Positions 41,673 to 55,885 are shown, counted from the first letter of the stretch. The stretch: 64,000 bases of DNA from Eledone cirrhosa (GCA_964016885.1 OZ024747.1:38316001-38380000); one strand, 5' to 3'. Numbers and translations: made by a program. The notes: a model not told the origin generated them from the letters alone.

Positions 41673-44085
41673 TTAATTGTAAGTTGTGATGTTGCTGTTC
41701 CACTCATATTTTCTATTTAATTTTGGTTGTAATTCTTTTATGTTTACTGCCTCTGTAATTTGTCTAAACATTGCATCTTTTCTGTGTGTAGATTCTATTT
41801 TTATTTCTATGTTCTCTAATTTACCCTTGTGTTCTGTCTTAGCATGTTGGTAGAGTACCGATGATTCTTTATTATCTTGAAGGTCTCGCCAGTGTTCATT
41901 TATCCGTTCCCCTATACTACGAGCTGTCTCACCTATGAACACTATATTTTTGTTTCTAAATTGTCCTTCAGTACATCTTATGCTATACACTACATTTCTA
42001 GTTTTACAGTTAATATGGGGGCTTATTTTACAGGTTATACATTTCTTATCTATACATGAGGGTCTTTGGAACGGGTATGTCTTGCTAATAAGTGTTTTTA
42101 CGGAGGTAACTGGTCTTTCTACTATCTTAATATTGAGTTTATGTTTATCTAGGGCCCTTCTAAATTTGTAAGCTAATTCGCCTCTAGGGGTTGTATCGAT
42201 TAACATTACACTCTGGTATTTATTGCTATCATACCATGAGTTTATTCTATTAGTCTTATTCCTAGTTCTTTCTATTCTATTCCAAAGTTTGCTCCTATAC
42301 AAGGGGCAGGTCCCATTTATGTCATTATTTACGATCTTTTCCCATTCGGTTCTGGCTCCTCTATACACTCTGATTCTATCTCTCTGATTATAGCCAGAGA
42401 ACTGCATACGGTGGATGAAGTGTTGTATGTGCCTCTCTAGTTCTTCGGGGTTGCACATGCGGGACACATTTCTCATCACCCGTACCAAATCCGCAATCAG
42501 TATGTTGATTTTGGTATGGTCCGAAATGGCCGAGTTTCGGTGGATCAGATGTTTGGAAGTCATGGGTTTGGCATAATGGGAATGGAGGATTTGTTTTTGG
42601 TTGTTAATTGTATCTAACCAGAGCTCTGTGTCTAGTACAGGTAATCGATGGTTGGGGTGTCTACTTGGGTAGTCTATAGTAACTCTAATGCTCTGGTGGA
42701 TGGAGTTTGCTATTTGCTGGATGCTTTCCATTGTGTTTTTCTCTAGTTCCTGACTGTGTTTTAGTGGGGGTGTCTTAACTACGATGTTTATATCATCTAC
42801 GTAGCGGGAGTACATTATCAGGGTTAAGCTGTCTTCTAATTGTTCTTTAAGTTTAAGTTTAAGTCTACTGTCCCATCATACCATGAATAAGTTAGCTATG
42901 TCGCCTGCAATGCTAACACCAATGGCTTCTCCTTCCTCTTGGGCATATGTTTTTCCATTACATTTGAACATATGTTCCTTAAGGGTTAATTTTATGCTGG
43001 CCCCTACCGCATGTGCAATCATTTTCTTCAGTTCATCGTGGTTTTCGGGTGTCCGTATGGCTCTGGTCCACCCGTTCCATCTATCTGTGTGGGTTTTCTT
43101 GGCCATTGAGGTAATGGTAGGTGGTCTGCCTCTTGCTGGTCTTGTAGGGCACAGGTTGCTAAGGTCATAAGTGTCTAGGTAACTATTACTATGGGTACGC
43201 TTAAGTAGAAGTCCCAGCTCACTGGTATCAATCCCACGGAACTCAACCTTGCTCTCGCTGATCATTTCTACGCATTTCTCCACAGCAAAATCCACGTCAA
43301 TAGATGGATACAGGGACACAACATCCATACTGCCTATTATGCAGTTTGTTAGGACCCCAGATCGGTTACTCACGCCGATTCTGCTGAGGAGGTCCTCCGT
43401 GCTGTCACATACATCTGGGGACATCTCAATGATGGGGCGTATGATCAGGGAGAGGAAGTAGGACAGTCTGTAGTTACTAGCAATGTTAGTTCCACAGACT
43501 GGCCGTGTTGGTGGTCCCGCGACAGGGTCACAGCCCGTTTTATGATCTTTTCGAAGACCATACAACGTCGGCACGTCATTGTTCCAGGCCTGGAAGTAGT
43601 TGGCAGTCCTTTTGTTGGGCTGCATTATATTCGTCCACATCACCATATGGGCATTGAGTGCTTTTTCTCTATCCTCATGCTCCTGTGGTGTTACCTCTCT
43701 TGTGTTAGTGATGGGGTTGCATTGCCTGGATGTAATTTGGCAGGCTGTCAACCGACATTCTGCCAGACATGTCTGTTGGAAAGCATGCTATCTCTCCATT
43801 ACGTGAGCGCTGCATGAGCTTACGCAAGCCATTTGCAGATTTTTCTCCCAGTCGCTGGGCCTCTATTCTATCATAATTCTTGCTATACTGTTGTATAATA
43901 TTTCTAAGTTCGGATCTAGCTATACTAAATTGTGCTTCTGTTTGTTCATCGACGTGCGACGGCAACTGCGTGCGTTTGTTAAATGGTAAAGTCGTGGCGT
44001 GGACTCGTCGCAGGTCGAATGATTTATCGGAGGGATTATAAAACGGAGAGTTCCAGGCTGCTGCTTTATGTGTACTAGTGCTATT
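41673..44085 (-). pseudogene. PLE RT-GIY-YIG polyprotein (family F; one frameshift, one nonsense)
   Basis: PTDMSG, LYGLRKDHK, TRPVCG, SMDVVSLYPSI, QEEGEAIG, RYVDD, VVYSIRC...FIGETARS, R..EH, TEA. Confidence 0.92.
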
Positions 44086-44704
44086 GTTATTGGCAAGACA
44101 TACCCGTTCCAAAGACCCTCATGTTTAGATAAGAAATGTATAACCTGTAAAATAAGCCCCCATATTAACTGTAAAACTAGAAATGTAGTGTATAGCATAA
44201 GATGTACTGAAGGACAATGTAGAAACAAAAATATAGTGTACATACGTGAGACAGCTCGTAGTATGGGGAACGGATAAATGAACACTGGCGAGACCTTCAA
44301 GATAATAAAGAATCATCTGTACTCTACCAACATGCTAAGACAGAACACAAGGGTAAATTAGAGAACATAGAAATAAAAATAGAATCTACACACAGAAAAG
44401 ATGCAATGTTTAGACAAATTACAGAGGCAGTAAACATAAAAGAATTACAACCAAAATTAAATAGAAAATATGAGTTGAACAGCAACATCACAACTTACAA
44501 TTAAGGACAAAATGAAAACACACACATAGAACAAACAACCAACCAACAACATGTAAATATATAAACAAATAGATAAATGAACACAAACACACACAGACAC
44601 CCGGATGTGGCGCATGCGCAAACTGAGCACACAACACACACACAGAAACAAAATGGCGTAGGACAGAAGAAAGGAAAGGCACAGAAACAAAGAAAGGAAT
44701 CCCC

Positions 44705-44749
44705 AGTCACTGAAGAGGTCACAGAGTGTGTGACGAAAGGACTATGACT
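44705..44749 (+). ncRNA. Type I hammerhead ribozyme (family F)
   Basis: agtca-CTGAAGA-g gtcaca gagtg tgtgac-GAAA-ggac-TA-tgact. Mirror copy at 41424-41468 (-). Confidence 0.8.
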
Positions 44750-44977
44750 ATATATATAAACAACTATCCGGTTGTGGAACCAACCAACCAACCAGAAATT
44801 TATAAATTTGTAGATTTATAAATTTATAAATTTATAAATATATAATAAATTGAAGTGGAAGCAACTGGTTGTTGTGTTTCTTATTGGCAACATGACCCTC
44901 CCAAAGTATAACAATATATATATATATATATATACCCACATATACACACACACATATACATACACATATATATATAT

Positions 44978-45040
<63 letters not shown>

Positions 45041-45057
45041 CACATATATATAAACAT

Positions 45058-45089
<32 letters not shown>

Positions 45090-45095
45090 TCACAC

Positions 45096-45126
<31 letters not shown>

Positions 45127-45280
45127 CATATATACATATATATATATATATACACAAACACACACACATATATACACATATATACAGACACACACATATA
45201 TAATTTATAAATAAATAAATAAATACACACACAGAGAAAGAACCACACAAACACATACACCCAAATATCACACACACACA

Positions 45281-45454
<174 letters not shown>

Positions 45455-45484
45455 TATATACACATACATAAACATACATATATA

Positions 45485-45571
<87 letters not shown>

Positions 45572-45666
45572 ATACGCATATATAATACACACATATATAC
45601 ACATATACATATACATACGTACATACACAAACATACATATATATATGTATATATATATAGATATAG

Positions 45667-45713
<47 letters not shown>

Positions 45714-45959
45714 TATAATACACACATGCACACACATACACACATACCTATACATACACAAACATATACACACATACACACAAATATATACGCATACAAA
45801 TAAATAAGTACTCAATAAATATACTCATATACACAAGCACATAAAAATAGCTCTACAGGCAGAAAATGCAGATAGGTAAGAGGTACTCACATAACGATAG
45901 TGGCCGTATTTCATATTAAGGAGGGGTGGGTAGGGTGGGGAGGAGGTATAGGGGCCAGC

Positions 45960-46315
45960 AAAAACAAAAAAAAACTTACATCGGCATGACCTCCAACAAC
46001 TTTAAGACTCGTTGGTATGCCCATACCCACTCCTTCAGAAGACCGGACAAATCAAACCAGACAACACTCGCCTCCTATGTTTGGGACCTCAAAAGGAACT
46101 CCACCCCCTTCACGCTTAAATGGAAAATACTCCAGAAAGCGCGCTCTTACAACGGAGGACACAAGGGCTGCGACCTTTGTATCTCAGAGAGCTACGAAAT
46201 TTTATTCGCCAAGGACCCGCGACTGAACAAACTCTCTGAACACTGCCCGAACTGCATGCACAAGAACTTTGCAACTTTCAAACACTTTAAGCCAGTGTTA
46301 AAGCCCGATCGCTAA
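45960..46315 (+). pseudogene. PLE GIY-YIG C-terminal fragment
   Basis: TYIGMTSNNFKTRWYAH..SF, TLASYVWDLK, CDLCISE, LN, CMH. Confidence 0.88.
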
Positions 46316-46872
46316 AAACGACCTCCTCCTATTGGCCCTTATACCTCCTTCCCACCCTACCCCCACCCCTCATCAACCTGAAATACGGCCACTATGGTTA
46401 TGTGAGTACCTCTTACCTATCTGCATTTTCTGCCTGTAGAGCTGTTTTTATGTGCCTGTGTATATGCGTATATTTATTGAGTACTTATTTATTTGTATGT
46501 GTATATATTTGTGTGCCTATGTTTGTGTATGTATATGTATGTGTATGTATGTGTATGTGTGCACACACATATATATATATGTGTTTGTATGTGTGTATGT
46601 GTGTGCATGTGTGTATGTGTATATATATATGTATATATATATATATGTATCTATCTATTTATTGGATACACGCGTATAACTTGCTGAGTAAGTTCTGTTT
46701 AAATTTCTATAGAAATTCTTGTCTGATAACTTTAATTTTTGTACCATTTTGTAGAGGGACTGCCAGGTCAAACTTTGATCTGGTCAGTCTCTCAAAATAT
46801 TCTACGCCTTTAGGCGAAATAGTTAAACAAAAAAAAAAATTTTTCTTGTTGAAAAGTCAATATTTTTTTTAA

Positions 46873-48658
46873 ATGGCCGAAGCTTCTTCACCAAAATTCG
46901 AAGGAGGAAAGGGGAAGATAAACTTACAGCTTCCCCCTGCCACTGTCACAGTAGGAGAGGTCAAGAAGAAAGGTCAGCCAGAGGAAGAATTCTCTCCACC
47001 TGTTAACCGACAACTTGACGTTGCCATGGCAACAACCCAAAGAACCAGCAGCAACAGCAACAACAACAACAATGCGACGGACGAAAACAACACCAATAAC
47101 AATAACAACAACAACAAGACCAATAACGGTGACAACAACAACAATGATAACAACAACACCACCAACGACAACAACAACACAAAGAAACAAAATTTCTCCT
47201 TCGCCGAGACGACAAGGAAAACCCTCGACTATCTGCCAGTAGATATAACCAAAGCGAAGGAGCTACTGGCAGATGCGAAAAAATATATAGTGTACGGAGA
47301 AAATGGTTCATTCACAATCCATTCCCCCCCGGAACTAAAAAGCCAGAGACTCCTAAACAAGGTCATGTTTAGGACAATCTCGAACAAAAGTAAAAAACCA
47401 GCTCAACCATCACAGAGTGAGATAGAGCTAGTTTTAAAAGACGTCATGAAGGACATCACCTTCATTCAGAAGGATAGACTCTACGGGAGTCTATCCATTC
47501 TCATGAAGGACAGGGACACAGCAGTGAAACTGTCCATCAAACCAATCACATCCACCGCATACACCTTCTACCCTACGTACATGGGTAGAAGAACACAAAA
47601 AATAAAAATCCACACCATCCTGCCGATTATGCACATATGGTGGGTTTTGACAGGTTTTCTGGACCTGGAGGATGACATGCTGGTGTCCATGGGAAAGGCA
47701 TCGGGTGACGCGTTCAGTGCAACGAGCCTCGAACTTGTAGTTCAAATGAGGCCCGAAAGGATCGCCCAGATCCCTGAACGCGTCATACTGGATGATCTAA
47801 CCTTCATCAACATTACCGTTGAGGGTAGACGGCCCTCGTGTTACCTCTGCGGAACCAGAGACACCTGAGGGCTGTCTGTCCCCAACTTAATAAGAAAACC
47901 CCAATCCTGCCTACACCACCAACAACTGCACAACCAACACAATCACCACAACTACCACTACAAAAACAACCACCACAGCTCAAACCAAAACAAAACAATG
48001 TCCAACCCATCCCCTCCACTCAAAAAACAAAAACAATTTCCAAAACACCCGTACCGCAAACACAACCCGAAAATATACCCTCCCCTCCAACGGGGAAGAT
48101 GACCCTAGTTCGTCGTCAGACGAGGAGGAGCACTTCCACACAATCAAAAGAAAAAAAAGAAAACACACATCAGACACACAAATGAAAACAACCCCTCCCC
48201 AAAACATAACACTGACACCAACACAAAAGAGCTCACAACAACAGCAAACAAAAAACACCACACAAAAACAAAAACATGCATACACATACATAAACACAAG
48301 AAACAAAAAACTGTTAAACATTGTGTACAACAACAATCTAATAAAAACACAAGGGCCTAACTTCACCCAGGTAGGGGATTTCCCCCACCTCAAAATGATT
48401 AAGGCCCCACAGAACACCTATAAAACTTTAAAAAACAATTTTAAAGAGGACGTGGGTGCCCCCTGCGTCGGGCCCATTAACCGCGTCCTCCTAAAAAACT
48501 ATCCCACCCCCTCCCCAAACACCCACACAACTCCAAGCTCCCCAACCACACAACACACTGATGCCCCTACACTTCCACAAACCACCACCCCACCCAACAA
48601 CCCATCCCCCACCCTAATGGAAATTGTGCAGCCCGATACCCGGTACGCAGAGAGGTAA
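46873..48658 (+). pseudogene. LINE ORF1 (gag-like), frameshifted
   Basis: Asn-rich N-terminus, SFAE motif, CYLCGTRD/HLRAVC CCHC knuckle split by a frameshift near 47860, Pro/Thr/Gln-rich C-terminus. Confidence 0.8.
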
Positions 48659-48682
48659 GTGCCTTTTCTCTTCACCACCAAC

Positions 48683-51600
48683 ATGGCTATGCTAAGAGTA
48701 GGCTGTTTAAATGCGCGTGGCCTGGGCTCAACTTGGAAGCAAGCAATGCTTCTAAATGACCTCAGGTCACAACGTATAGATGTGATGGTTATTTGCGAGG
48801 CCCGAATCAGCAACGTGCCCCCACCTTTGATGACTTTGAGATGCACGCATCTCTCTGTCAGCCCGGAGGTGGGGCTGGAGTTGTCGTTCTGCTGCAAAAA
48901 CATCTGGGTCTCGCAACACAGATGGTACATTTGGACCCGGAGGGTCGACTAGTGGTTCTGGACCTTGGCAGTGGTAAAGGCGGAGCGTTTAGGTTGGTAG
49001 CCGCCTACGGCCCTTTCGGGTCCATGCGGCCGGACTTCTTCCATCGTCTGGAGACTTTTCTAGGGACGTCCCGCTCCTTGCTATTAGTGGGGGACTGGAA
49101 TGGTATCCTAGATGCACGCTGGGACTACGTAGGGGCCTGTCCCGAGAGAGGGGTGTAATAGCCTCAAAGGGTTAATCGGTCGATTTGACCTGGCCGATAG
49201 ATATCGACTAGATTTTCCGACTGCGCCAACCTGGACTTGGGCAAATCGTAGCGGAACATCTAGATCGTACCTAGATAGGTTCTTAGTTAGAACTAAGGAT
49301 AAGGACTTTTTAAGTTGTCCAAAAATGCGCATGGTTGGCTATTCAGACCACAAATTAGTGACCTGCATGGTCAACCTTGACAGAACTCATAGACAGGGAC
49401 CCGGTTACTGGAAGCTCAACTTGTCCTTACCGGCAAGTAAGGCTTACAGGAACCGGATTAGCACTTTAGTTAAGGAGCGGTTGACGGGCGCCATCGTCAA
49501 CAGCAGGTGGTGGGGATCTCTCAAAAGAGAGATTAGAGTAGTCTCTATAGAATTTAGTAAGGAGTTAGCCTCCAATAGAAATAGGAAGGAAAGGGAGTTG
49601 GTAGATAGTGTAGAAGAGGCAATTAGAAGCGGCGACGTGGCCAGAGTGCTAGCGTCGAGAACGGCCCTAGGCCAGTTCTTCGACGCGAAACACGAAGGCT
49701 GCATCGTCCGAAGCAAAATACGTGCTCTGGGAAACGAGGGGACCAAAGCTGTTAGCTGGGCCCGCGTGACAGAAGCCAAAAGAGGGAGCAGATCCACTAT
49801 CCGGTCTTTGCGAGACCAGGATGGACGGGTGATCCTTGAACCTAAGCAGATGTGCGAGGCTTTTCAAAAGCACTTTGCCGAATTGTTCGGAAGGGGCGGG
49901 GGGCCGGTTGGGGACGTGGACTTCGGTCCATACCTCGACGGCCTGCCGCGTCTCTCGGACAGGGAGGCGAAGTCCTGCGAGGAGCCGATTTCAGCCGCTG
50001 AGATAGAGGACGTGCTGAGCCAATGCGGCAAACGCAAATCCCCGGGTCTCGATGGTCTTCCATACGAACTATATCTAGCTATGCCGGACTTGTTCCCCGA
50101 AATCCTCGAGGCGGTCTACTGCAACTGGCAACAGAACGGGAGAATTCCTTGTGCTGTGACCAAGGGCGTGGTCACGCTAGTGAGGAAGGACGAGAACAAG
50201 GGGGACGATATAAATAATTTCAGGCCCATAACTCTGCTAAATACAGAGTTACAGATTTTGGCCAAGGTGCTAGCAAAGAGGTTGGCGCTTGTCGTGGGAA
50301 ACCTGGTGGGAGATGCGCAGACATGTGCTATCCCGTCCAGGTCCATCCATGATAACCTCCACCTCATGCGATACATCATAGAGAGGGTTGGGAACGAACC
50401 CGGCTTTGGTGGGGCCCTGATCAACTTGGATCAATCTAAGGCATTCGATAGGGTCGACCATGGTTACCTGGATGCGGTGCTAGCGGCGGCAGGCTTCGGA
50501 CCCGTTTTCAGGGGCTGGATCAATGCCATGCACAGCAGCCGCATCTGCTCTAGGGTCAAGGTGAACGGCTACCTCTCGGAGCCGTTCGAAATCGTGCGGT
50601 CCATCCGACAGGGGTGCCCTCTCTCCTCCCTTCTGTATGTAGTGACTCTAGAGCCACTGCTGCGGAAGTTGGAGTTGTTGCAGGGCATCCCGTTGGAACC
50701 GGGATTGCGGAAAGCGGTGTCAGCCTACGCCGATGACGTAACAGTAATGGTGTCGACGGCCTCGGAAATCGGGGCGATCGGCACCTTACTGGAGGAGTAC
50801 GAAAGGTTTACAGGGGCTAAGCTGAAACGGGACAAGTCGATCGGTCTGCAACTCGGCACGTGGAGCGGCAGATCGATGCCCTCCGATGGCGTCGTCGGGC
50901 GCTGGACGGAGGGCCCGGTAAAGTTGCTCGGGGTCTGGTTCGGACCAGACCTCCAGGTGGAGAAGAACTGGGGTGAGGTGACGAGCAGGGTGTTTGCACT
51001 GACCCAAAAGTGGGCCGAGTGCAAACTGTCCCTGAAAGGTCGGGCGGAGGTGGCGAACACTTATATAGCGTCCGTCATCTACTACCGCCTGACCGTGGTG
51101 CCTTGCCCAAGGGAAACGCTCGCCAAAATGGAGCGCGCACTCTTCCAATTCCTTTTGAAGAAGCGGGCTCCTATGGTGAGGAGATCCATCTGCTGTTAAC
51201 ACCCTTCGAAAGGAGGGCTGGGGATGTCCTGGATGTTGATACGTAAACACGCATTAAGGCTACGGCACCTTCAGGTATTCCTCTCCCGTCAACCGGTATG
51301 GGCCCCGTTTGTGAGGCGAGCCTTTCCCAGACTCGTCTCACTCACCGAGCTGCAATCCTGGGTCAAGCAAAGACCGAGAAAACTGGGCGCCTGGCACACC
51401 GAGTGTGCCCAGGCGCTCACGGCTCTCTGGCAGGCGGACCCGGCTGTCAGTGGAGAATCCACCTCGTCATTCTATAGAGGGCTGGTGGTTAGCAGGTGCG
51501 ACGACGCCCTCGGAGAAGCCCTAGGCATGGAGGAAGACGAACTGGCCAACCTGTTCGGTAGGACATTCAGCCCGGGACCCATGGATAACTTCCAGAGGTT

Positions 51601-52108
51601 CCTGGCCTGGCAATGCTACAGAAGGGCTCTGCCCGTTCGAGAAAGGCTCTACAGACACGGGCGCCCGGGTAGGGACCCATCGAAAAAGGTCTGTCCCAGA
51701 TGCGTGTGTGACGAGGAAACCGTTGCACACGCATTGGTACACTGCTCGGGCATTGCCGATCTGTGGGGCTATGTCGAACAACTGCTGTCAAGGGTGGGAC
51801 CGATCCGGTTGACCACCGAGTCTATTGTAACGATCAAGCCGCCTCCCCTCTTCAAAAACGAAGGAGAGGCGGTGTTTCTGTGCGTAATAGCCATGGCGAA
51901 AGAGGTTGTATGGTGGACGCGTCTGAAAGGACTGAGGTCAGACACCTTTCTCTCTGGCCAACAACTGGTCCGTTTCTTCCGATATCATTTCGGAAGAAGG
52001 ATCAGGATGGAGAGAGAGGTGCTGCACCCCAGCCGTTTCTATGAAAGATGGGTGAAAGTGGCGAGAATGGCCAGTGTGAATGGGCCTTCACTCTACATCA
52101 GACTATAG
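48683..52108 (+). pseudogene. LINE ORF2 (APE endonuclease and reverse transcriptase), two frameshifts and one stop
   Basis: LNARGL, VGDWN, YLDRFL, SDH, PGLDGLPYE, RPITLLN, DQSKAFDRVDH, RQGCPLS, YADD, CPRC..EETVAHALVHC. Confidence 0.95.
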
Positions 52109-52579
52109 GTGAGGAAGATGAAAGACCAAGGGAGCACCCCTTCTCTGTGCTCCTGAGGAGAAGGGTTGCACACTTTTTTCGGGAGTGTGTGCGACCCCCC
52201 AAGGCGCCTGCTCTCTATTGAGGACTTTGTTATAAATTTTATTTTTTGTTATATTTTATTTTATTTTTATATATTGTTATTGCCTCCTCCTTATTGAGGA
52301 CGCCTTGTTTTGTAAACTCCCCCATTGTACTTGTCCCACTTTTGATGCCCTGGTGGCAAATAAAAGAAACATATATATATATATATGTATGATTGTGTAT
52401 GTATGTATGTATATGTATATGTGTATATATGTGTGTATATGTATGTATATGTATATATGCGTGTGTATGTGTGTATATATATATATATATATATGTGTGT
52501 ATGTGTCTGTGTGTGTGTATATGTGTGTATATATGTATATATGTATGTTTATGTATGTGTATACATATGTACATATATG

Positions 52580-52618
<39 letters not shown>

Positions 52619-52769
52619 GTGTGTATATATATACATATATATATATGTGTGTGTGGTATTTGTGTGGTTCTTTCTCTGTGTGTGCATTTATTTATTTATT
52701 GATTATTTATATATGTGTGTGTGTGTATATATGTGTATATATATGTGCGTGTGTGTGTGTGTGTGTATA

Positions 52770-52807
<38 letters not shown>

Positions 52808-52810
<3 letters not shown>

Positions 52811-53640
52811 AAATGAAATGACAGGAGGCTGGATTTGTGTAAATCCTTGAAAGGTTTATTATACTATGATCATTTCAACGACGGGTTCCGTATGAATCCG
52901 GTGATATCATCAGGTATTCGAAATATAATACGTGAATTTAATAGGTTAAAATCCATGGGGCTGAAAATCGAGACCCGAGGGCGACCGCTATTCTGTTCCT
53001 TCAACCTCAGCCGGTCGCCCTGGAGTGACGTGGCTAAATTTTATAGTATGCTACTACCGGTCAGATGAACAGTATATCTGACCAGTAGTAGTTGCCTTTC
53101 TTCTTTTAGCTGACATCAACCCTGGCTTCTCTTCTTCTTTCTTCCCCCTTCTTCTCTCTCCTTCCTTTCTTTCTTTCTTTTACCTTGTGTCATGAGATCG
53201 ACGTTAACTTATGCTCCCATCCCTTTCTGTTTTCGTTCATCTGACCGGTAGTAGCATACTATAAAATTTAGCCACGTCACTCCAGGGCGACAGGCTGAGG
53301 TTGAAGGAACAGAATAGTGGTCGCCCTCGGGTCTCGATTTTCAGCCCTATGGATTTTACCTATTAAATTCACGTATTATATTTCGAATACCTGATGATAT
53401 CACCGGATTCATACGGAACCCGGTCATTGAAATGATCATAGTATAATAAACCTTTCACGGATTTACACAAATCCAGCCTCCTGTCATTTCATTATAATAT
53501 TTAACTCCGTAATAGCACCACCAACTACAAAAACAAAGACGGTTGAACTGCTTTACTTTGAGTACTCTCTATATTATTACATTACGATTGACCATACGGA
53601 ATAGACCAGCTCTATACAGTGGTGAACCTCAAACCTGAAT
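52808..53640 (+). mobile_element. Non-coding fold-back PLE derivative J
   Basis: 52812-53070 mirrors 53235-53493; tail to 53640; (TA)n flanks. Confidence 0.85.
53387..53444 (+). ncRNA. Type I hammerhead ribozyme with long stem II (family J)
   Basis: atac-CTGATGA-tatc accgg..ccggt catt-GAAA-tgatca-TA-gtat, with palindromic stem III ATGATCAT. Mirror copy at ~52861-52918 (-). Confidence 0.85.
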
Positions 53641-53663
53641 AAATATATATATATATATGTATA

Positions 53664-54331
53664 TATGAATAAAGTGGTCCTTCATCAGTGATCTTCCAAC
53701 CATCATCGGTATTTCTTCGCTTTAAAGACCATATACCTCCGGTTGGTGCGAGCAACGGCTAAAGAAAGTCGTTGGGACATGTAAATAAAGGGAACAGCGA
53801 GAGTGTAAACAAACAAAGATGGTGAAGCAACGAAAAGTGAGGAATAACGAGTCAAGTCCCAAATTTCCATGGATATATGTTCGGTGAAATCGTGAACGAG
53901 AGAGAATAAAGACCATCAAACCTGGTTGAAATGTGAGCAAGGAAGGAATTTCGCACAGGTCAAACGGGAGGAAGAAGAGGTCTAGTCCGTGAATTCGGTA
54001 AACATAAGTTCTGTGAAATCGTAGACGAGAGAGAGAAAAAAGGCCAACCGGCCTGGCCAAGCGTGCGAAAGAAAAGAATTACACACAGGTCAAACGGGAA
54101 GAAGGAGGAGGAGGAGAGGTAGTAACAGAGAGTGAGTGAGTGAAGGGTAAGGAAGAGGCTAACAGAGAGAGTCACTGTCAGAGAGAGTAAAGATACAGAG
54201 AACAGAGAAAGAGGAAGCAGTAAGAACGAAATAGACGGGTCACAGTGGGGGAATAAAATATGTGTAAATATGAGAATAAACGTGCTGCGGAGTTGCAAAT
54301 GGGTTACATATGAATAATGTGGTCCTTCATC
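53664..54331. repeat. Unclassified element bounded by ~25-bp direct repeats
   Basis: tatgaataa(a/t)gtggtccttcatca at both ends, internal duplicated blocks, (TA)n flanks. Confidence 0.6.
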
Positions 54332-54333
54332 AA

Positions 54334-54334
<1 letters not shown>

Positions 54335-54418
<84 letters not shown>

Positions 54419-54459
54419 ATATATATATATATATGTGTATATATATATATATATGTGTG

Positions 54460-54490
<31 letters not shown>

Positions 54491-54521
54491 ATGTGTGTGT
54501 GTATGTTTACATATATGTGTA

Positions 54522-54566
<45 letters not shown>

Positions 54567-54606
54567 ATATATATTTATATATATGTATGTATATGTGTGT
54601 ATCTGC

Positions 54607-54698
<92 letters not shown>

Positions 54699-54799
54699 GT
54701 GTTTATATGTATATATATATATATGTATGTGTGTATATGTATATATGTGTGTATATGTGTCTATGTAGGTGTATGTATGTACGTGTGTGTGTGTGTATA

Positions 54800-54830
<31 letters not shown>

Positions 54831-54909
54831 GTATGTGTGTGTATATGTGTGTATATATATGTGTGTGTATGTGTGTATATATGTATATATGTATATATAT
54901 GTGTATATA

Positions 54910-54942
<33 letters not shown>

Positions 54943-54962
54943 GTCTGTGTGTGTATGTATAT

Positions 54963-54993
<31 letters not shown>

Positions 54994-55717
54994 CATATAT
55001 ATGTGTGTGTATATATATATATGTGTGTGTGTATATATGTATATTTGTGTATATGTGTGTGTGTGTGTATATATATGTATATGTGTAAGTGTGTGCGGTT
55101 TATGGGTGCGCGCGAGTGTGTGAGTGAGTGTGTTTTGTGAATGTGTCTGTTGATTTTTGGCATATAGTTGAATAGTTTAAGAGAAATTTGATGATAATTG
55201 TAAGATATGCACTCAATATTTTGTATTTGTCTACAGAATTCTCTAAACCTTTGTTACTTAATAGAACCTTAAAGAATTTAGCTTTTAAAGAATCACCCTT
55301 TCCTTTAAATCTATCTACCATGACTGACCCCACTGATCTTATAGACACCTGTTAGCTTATGAGAAACTTAATAATAAGGAGTGGCCTGCCATCATGAACC
55401 TGTTTATAGAATTCTTTCTGCCTTTGTTACTCTAAAAATAAAAATAAAAATAAATTATAGCTTTGTAGAATTAGCTTTTAATGAATTCCCTTTTCTATCA
55501 ACCAATGACCTACACCCATCCCACTCCCCACCCACTCCTACCACTTGTAGAGACCTATAAATACCATACTTATTTTTTGATACCCAGATTCCTGATGATT
55601 TCTAAAGAATGAAACAGTTCTAGTCCTGTAGAATCTCATCTATATTAAACTTTTATACTCTGCAATGTATTGAGTACCTTACTTACTGTGGTTACCTCCG
55701 ATTCAACCCGGAATAAC
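54335..55717 (+). mobile_element. PLE family D sense pLTR arm with HHR and tail
   Basis: Mirror of 32824-34340; tail 55650-55717. Confidence 0.85.
55586..55636 (+). ncRNA. Type I hammerhead ribozyme (family D)
   Basis: agattc-CTGATGA-t ttct aa agaa t-GAAA-cag ttctagtc ctg-TA-gaatct; GUA cleavage triplet. Confidence 0.85.
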
Positions 55718-55803
55718 GTATATATATATATATATACATATACATACATATATACATGTATATACACACATACACACACACACATATATATGTATACACA
55801 TAT

Positions 55804-55880
<77 letters not shown>

Positions 55881-55885
55881 TATAT

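Larger units (their letters stand above)
41201..44915 (-). mobile_element. PLE family F copy F2 with ~830-bp inverted 5' arm
   Basis: Tail 41201-41258, pLTR, then ORF; 44087-44915 mirrors 41259-42088. Confidence 0.92.
46661..52370 (+). mobile_element. Near full-length L1/Tx1-clade LINE
   Basis: 5' UTR, ORF1 with zinc knuckle, ORF2 with APE, RT and Cys motif; 3' UTR ending AATAAAAGAAAC then (TA)n. Confidence 0.93.

Noticed and set aside
42873-42878. In-frame TGA joining two family F ORFs, suggesting selenocysteine or readthrough
   Set aside because: Paralog F1 has TGG (MVWWD) at this position, so it is a simple nonsense mutation.
47040-47180. Poly-Asn tract as part of a host protein
   Set aside because: It is an (AAC)n expansion inside LINE ORF1.
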